Below are positions 27,274 to 31,580 of a DNA stretch of 31,580 bases, in pieces. Location: positions 1-31,580 of the forward strand of contig JBJHDK010000023.1 in assembly GCA_050486505.1 (NCBI GenBank). The letters run 5' to 3'. Within the stretch, counting starts at the first letter, position 1; each line of letters opens with the position of its first letter. A program made the position numbers and the translations under genes. The notes under the pieces are model-generated. The model did no database searches. It had not been told where the DNA came from and saw only the letters and a list, made by a program, of their open reading frames with translations. This DNA comes from Fibrobacteria bacterium. Lineage in GTDB: Bacteria; Fibrobacterota; Fibrobacteria; UBA11236.

Positions 27274-29040
27274 ATGGATTTTCCGTTCTCGACCCTGCCG
27301 GGCCTGATCCAGTACGCCGGCAAGACGCACCGCAATCCCGCCGCGCTCGCGCATCGTGAGGACGGTGCGTGGCAGGCACTTTCTTCCGAAGCCGTGTTCG
27401 ACCAGGTCCGTCGCGCGGGAGCGGGGCTCATCGCCTGGGGGCTGCGACCCGGGGACCGCGTGGGCATCGCCGCGTCGCCTTCTCCGTATTGGCTCATGGC
27501 CGATTGGGCGTCGCTCGGGGCGGGCGCGGTCACGGTGCCGATGTTCCCCAACGCGGCGCCCGAGAACCTTGCGCACCAGATCGGGGAGACGGGGATGCGG
27601 GTGCTCTTCGTCGATACTGTGGCGCAACGCCGCGCCCTCGAACCGTTGTGCGGTAGCATCGAGCGCGTGATCGTGTTGCGTCCCGAAGCCGACGGTGACG
27701 GGGAGGGGGACACCTGGGCATCACTGCTGTCGGAGGGGGGCGAGCAGGATGACCAATGGGCGCAGGAGTGGGATCGCCGCGGCGAGGCCGTGCGTCCGGT
27801 GGACACGGCGACGATCATCTACACCTCCGGGAGCACGGGCCTTCCCAAGGGCGTGGAACTGACGCACGGCAACATCGTCAGCCAGGTGCAGGGCGCGCGC
27901 CGTCTCTTTCCGCTCGATCCCGATGCCGACCGCGCGCTGTCGTTCCTTCCCTTGGCGCACATCTTCGAGCGGATGGTGTCGTGCTACTACGTTGCCTCGG
28001 GCATCGGCGTGTGGTTCGCCTCGGACCCGAAGAAGGCGGGCGAGGACGCGCGCGACGTGCATCCCACCATCATCACGCTCGTGCCGCGCTTTCTGGAGAA
28101 GATCCGCACGCGCGTGCGCGAAGGGATCGAGACGGCCTCGGCGTTTCGCAAGGTGCTCGGCACCGCGGCGCTCGATCGCGCCGAGGCGAAGGACCCGGAG
28201 GCCGCGCCCTCGCTGACCGATCGCATCTACGATGCGCTGGTGTACCGCAAGGTGCGCGGCGCCCTCGGCGGCAAGGTGCGCCTCGCCATTTGCGGGAGCG
28301 CGCCGCTCGACCCGAAGCTGGCGGCGTTTTACCTGAACCTCGGCATTCCGCTGTATGAAGGCTACGGCCTCACCGAGTGCTCGCCCGTGCTGTCGGCCAA
28401 TTACCCGGGGCATCGCAAGCTCGGCACGGTGGGGCGCATCATGCCCGGGGTCGAGGTGCGCATCGCGGATGACGGGGAGGTCCTGGCGCGCGGCCCGAAC
28501 ATCATGAAGGGGTATTACAAGCACCCCGACGCGACGCGCGAGAGCATCGATTCGGATGGATGGCTGCACACCGGCGATCTCGGCAGCCTCGAGGACGGCT
28601 GGTTGACGCTGACGGGACGCAAGAAGGAGCTGTTCAAGACCGCGAACGGCAAGTACGTGGCCCCGGTGCCCATCGAGCAGGCGCTGGCGGCGCACAAGCC
28701 GATCGACATGGCGCTGGTGGTGGCGGAGGGCCGCACCTATGTCTCGGTACTGGTCATTCCTGATTTCGAGAACCTGGCGGCCTTCAAGGAATCGATGGGG
28801 GCGGGGGAGGCTGACGATACGACCTTCCTGCGTTCACCGGAGCTCAAGGCCCGGGTGCAGGAGATCATCGATGCGGTGAACCAGCATCTCAGCCACTGGG
28901 AGCAGGTTCGCCGGTTCCACATCGTGGAAACTCCGCTGACCATCCACAGCGGCGACATGACACCGACCCTGAAGCTGCGCCGCAATGCGGTGGAGAAGCG
29001 GTTTCAGAGGGAGATCGAGGGGATGTACAGGGAGAATTAA
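27274..29040 (+). CDS. fadD: Long-chain fatty acid-CoA ligase
   Basis: YTSGSTGLPKG, LPLAHIFER, YEGYGLTE, TGDLG and TPTLKLRR. Confidence 0.92.
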   Translation: MDFPFSTLPGLIQYAGKTHRNPAALAHREDGAWQALSSEAVFDQVRRAGAGLIAWGLRPGDRVGIAASPSPYWLMADWASLGAGAVTVPMFPNAAPENLAHQIGETGMRVLFVDTVAQRRALEPLCGSIERVIVLRPEADGDGEGDTWASLLSEGGEQDDQWAQEWDRRGEAVRPVDTATIIYTSGSTGLPKGVELTHGNIVSQVQGARRLFPLDPDADRALSFLPLAHIFERMVSCYYVASGIGVWFASDPKKAGEDARDVHPTIITLVPRFLEKIRTRVREGIETASAFRKVLGTAALDRAEAKDPEAAPSLTDRIYDALVYRKVRGALGGKVRLAICGSAPLDPKLAAFYLNLGIPLYEGYGLTECSPVLSANYPGHRKLGTVGRIMPGVEVRIADDGEVLARGPNIMKGYYKHPDATRESIDSDGWLHTGDLGSLEDGWLTLTGRKKELFKTANGKYVAPVPIEQALAAHKPIDMALVVAEGRTYVSVLVIPDFENLAAFKESMGAGEADDTTFLRSPELKARVQEIIDAVNQHLSHWEQVRRFHIVETPLTIHSGDMTPTLKLRRNAVEKRFQREIEGMYREN

Positions 29041-29068
29041 GAATTGGGAATTAAGAATTAAGAATTGA
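29034..29068 (+). repeat. Five tandem heptamers GAATTAA
   Basis: GAATTAA GAATTGG GAATTAA GAATTAA GAATTGA; the first unit contains the fadD stop codon. Confidence 0.9.
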
Positions 29069-29103
29069 ACACAGGGGGTAAGGGGGAGTTGCACGGCGGC
29101 GGG

Positions 29104-29182
29104 CATGGACTTGATGGACTGACTGGACTCGATGGACGGAACGCTTTGTCCAGTCAGTCCATCAAGTCCATGTCGTCCATCC
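29104..29182. repeat. Hairpin of 9-bp-period TGGAC repeats, same family as 7426-7516
   Basis: Perfect 25-bp stem, 29104-29128 with 29148-29172, and a 19-nt loop. Confidence 0.9.
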
Positions 29183-29222
29183 TTATTTCTCCCGCCGCCC
29201 GCTAGGTATATTTCCTCCCGTC

Positions 29223-29720
29223 ATGAAATTCACGCGTAAAACCGACTACGCCCTGCGGGCGATGCAATACCTGACCCGGCGTCATTACGAGGCCCTGGAG
29301 TCGGGCGTACCCGCCGCGCCGGTGTCGGTCCCGGTGATCGCCGGTGACTCCGGGTTGTCGTTGCGGTTCCTCAGCGGCATCATGGCCAACCTGTCGCGCA
29401 AGGGCATCGTCAAGGCGGTTCCGGGCCCGGGCGGAGGGCTGACCTTGGGCCGGCCCCCCGAATCCATCACCATTCTCGACATCGTCGAAACGGTCGAAGG
29501 ACCGATCAATCTGATGGACTGCATGTCGCATCCCGAGACCTGCGGCGACGCCAACGGATGCTCGATCATGGGGGTGCTGCACACGGCGCAGGGGGCCCTG
29601 GTCAACAGCCTGCGCGGTACGAACCTGAAGCTCATGGTGCGCGCCAAGTCCTCTCCTTTCCGTGAGTTACCCGAAGGGCATTACCTGAAGCCGAGGTTCG
29701 GGTGCCCGGTGCTTAAGTGA
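29223..29720 (+). CDS. Rrf2-family regulator with a three-Cys (Fe-S) motif
   Basis: TDYALRAM, GPGGGLTL, ITILDIVETVEG and C-x6-C-x5-C. Confidence 0.9.
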   Translation: MKFTRKTDYALRAMQYLTRRHYEALESGVPAAPVSVPVIAGDSGLSLRFLSGIMANLSRKGIVKAVPGPGGGLTLGRPPESITILDIVETVEGPINLMDCMSHPETCGDANGCSIMGVLHTAQGALVNSLRGTNLKLMVRAKSSPFRELPEGHYLKPRFGCPVLK

Positions 29721-29806
29721 GTAGACAGTGAACAGTGAGCAGTGAACAATTGCGGGTTGCTGCCCACTGTCCACTGCCCACTGCCCACTGCCCACTGTCT
29801 ACTGTC
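29721..29806. repeat. Inverted heptamer hairpin (GTGAACA-type / TGCCCAC-type)
   Basis: 4 units at 29721-29748, a 12-nt spacer, and 6 inverse units at 29761-29802. Confidence 0.9.
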
Positions 29807-29896
29807 TTCCTCTTGACCCCCCCCGCTTTTTTAAGCAATTTTCCGCTTTTCTGTCTCGTTTTCTCACCTTTTTTCGCTCGAAAAGGCCCCTCGCCC

Positions 29897-31081
29897 ATGA
29901 AATTGCACGAGTATCAAGGCAAGGCCCTGTTGCGCAAAGCGGGCCTGCCCGTGCCGCGTGGCGAGGTCGTGTTCAAATCCGAAGAAGTTTCATCCGCGTT
30001 GAACGTCCTTGGGGGCGAACAAGGTGTCGCCAAGGCGCAGGCGTTTACCGGTGGTCGCGGCAAGGCCGGCGGCATCAAGGTGTTCAAGTCGGCGCAAGAG
30101 GCCGCGGACGCGGCGAAGGCGTTGATCGGGATGACCTTGGTCACGCACCAGACCGGTCCCGAGGGCGTGAAGATCGAGGCCGTGTTGCTCGAGGAGATGA
30201 GCCAGGTGTCGCGCGAGTTGTACTTCGCCGTCACGCTTGACCGGGCCAAAGCGAACATCGTGTTCATCCTCAGCCCCGAAGGCGGCATGGACATCGAGGA
30301 GATCGCGGAGAAAACCCCCGAGAAAATCCTCAAGCTGTATCCGGAGTGGGGGACAGGTCCCGATGACGCCCTGCTCGGGGAGGCTTCGAAGTTCCTCGGT
30401 CTCGAGGGGACGCAGGCGGTGCAGTTCGCCGACATCGCCCGCAAGCTTTACGACGTGTATGTCGCGACTGATTGCTCCCTGCTCGAGATCAACCCGCTGG
30501 CCGTCAATGCCGCGGGCGACCTGATCCTGCTCGATGCGAAGGTGCTGCTCGACGAGAACGCACTCTTCCGCCAGAAGGACACCGGCGGCGACCCCGACGC
30601 GGAGAAGGATCCCGGAGAGATCGAGGCGGCGAAGTACGGGCTCAGCTACATCAAGCTCGACGGCGACATCGGCTGCATGGTCAACGGCGCGGGTCTCGCC
30701 ATGGCGACGATGGACATCATCGCGCACTACGGCGCGCAGCCGGCCAACTTCCTGGACGTGGGCGGTTCCGCCTCGGAGGAGGCGGTCACCAAGGCGTTCG
30801 AAATCATCACCGCCGACAAGAACGTGAAGGCCATCCTGGTCAACATCTTCGGCGGGATCATGCCCTGCGACCGCATCGCGCGCGGCATCATCGCGGCGGT
30901 CAATACCACGGGGCTCGAAGTGCCGCTGGTCGTCCGCCTCGAGGGCACCAATGTCGAAGAGGGCAAGGCCGTGATCGCGGCTTCGGGGCTGAACCTGACT
31001 TCCGCCGACGATCTCGAGGACGCCGCCCGCAAGGCTGCGGATCTTGTCAAGAACACCAACGCCATGAAGGCAAAGGGCTGA
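29897..31081 (+). CDS. sucC: Succinyl-CoA synthetase beta (394 aa)
   Basis: [33 protein letters not shown] and NIFGGI. Start placed at 29897. Confidence 0.97.
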   Translation: MKLHEYQGKALLRKAGLPVPRGEVVFKSEEVSSALNVLGGEQGVAKAQAFTGGRGKAGGIKVFKSAQEAADAAKALIGMTLVTHQTGPEGVKIEAVLLEEMSQVSRELYFAVTLDRAKANIVFILSPEGGMDIEEIAEKTPEKILKLYPEWGTGPDDALLGEASKFLGLEGTQAVQFADIARKLYDVYVATDCSLLEINPLAVNAAGDLILLDAKVLLDENALFRQKDTGGDPDAEKDPGEIEAAKYGLSYIKLDGDIGCMVNGAGLAMATMDIIAHYGAQPANFLDVGGSASEEAVTKAFEIITADKNVKAILVNIFGGIMPCDRIARGIIAAVNTTGLEVPLVVRLEGTNVEEGKAVIAASGLNLTSADDLEDAARKAADLVKNTNAMKAKG

Positions 31082-31085
31082 TTCC

Positions 31086-31580
31086 ATGGCGATCCTGATC
31101 GACAACAACACGCGCCTCATCACCCAGGGCATCACCGGCAAGGCCGGGCTTTTCCATTCGCAGAAGTGCCGCGACTATGGCACCAACGTCGTCGGCGGCG
31201 TCACCCCGAAAAAGGGCGGCACCACGGTGGACGGGTTCCCGGTCTTCAACACCGTGAAGGAGGCCCGCGAGGCCACCGGCGCCAACGCCACCATGATTTT
31301 CGTGCCCGCGCCCTTCGCGGCCGATGCGATCCTTGAGGCCGCGGATGCGGGCATCGAACTCATCGTGGCCATCACCGAGGGCATTCCCGTCCTCGACATG
31401 CTGCGCGTGCACAACGCGCTCAAGGGACGCCCCAACATCCTCATCGGCCCCAACTGCCCCGGCGTCACCACCGCGGGCGTGTGCAAGATCGGCATCGCGC
31501 CCGGTCCCATCCACAAAAAGGGCAAGATCGGCATCGTCTCCCGCTCCGGCACGCTGACCTACGAGGCCGTGTACCAGACC
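31086..31580 (+). CDS. sucD: Succinyl-CoA synthetase alpha (3' end runs off the window)
   Basis: Translated by hand: [19 protein letters not shown]...GGVTPKKGG...ITEGIP...IGPNCPG...[11 protein letters not shown]. Confidence 0.96.
   Translation, partial: MAILIDNNTRLITQGITGKAGLFHSQKCRDYGTNVVGGVTPKKGGTTVDGFPVFNTVKEAREATGANATMIFVPAPFAADAILEAADAGIELIVAITEGIPVLDMLRVHNALKGRPNILIGPNCPGVTTAGVCKIGIAPGPIHKKGKIGIVSRSGTLTYEAVYQT

Noticed and set aside
29735..29896. N-terminal extension of SucC (AHCPLPTAHCPL)
   Set aside because: This is a translation of the heptamer repeats; the canonical MKLHEYQ starts at 29897.

Overview
A GC-rich bacterial chromosomal window made up mostly of housekeeping genes. A Fibrobacterota/FCB-like host is my inference, from the Gld-like ABC cluster and a short basic C-terminal sorting tail. 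Left to right it contains: a four-gene minus-strand operon (M23-like membrane protein, Minf_1886-like protein, lipoprotein with a C12 tract, amidohydrolase), a low-GC HigBA-type toxin-antitoxin pair, a sulfur operon (Rrf2-cysH-cysK, then moeB-like), mutL, tmRNA, a GldA/F/G-like ABC cluster with a DUF4340-like gene, the pyruvate dehydrogenase operon with a short lipoate ligase, a flavin reductase, a TauE-like exporter, a secreted hypothetical protein, GerW/YtfJ, tRNA-Arg(ACG), PBP1A, rmuC, fadD, a second Rrf2 and sucCD. I see no integrase, transposase, prophage or CRISPR array. The most unusual signals are non-coding. Intergenic elements built from 7-, 8- or 9-bp periodic repeats, often in inverted and even nested arrangement, sit against stop codons and -10 boxes, and two related 9-mer hairpins each lie upstream of an Rrf2 gene. 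Many genes appear to be leaderless (TAnnnT-N6/7-ATG). Also notable are a probable phase-variation tract, degenerate MutL endonuclease motifs and a low-GC internal block in rmuC. All calls come from reading the sequence by eye; no database searches were run.
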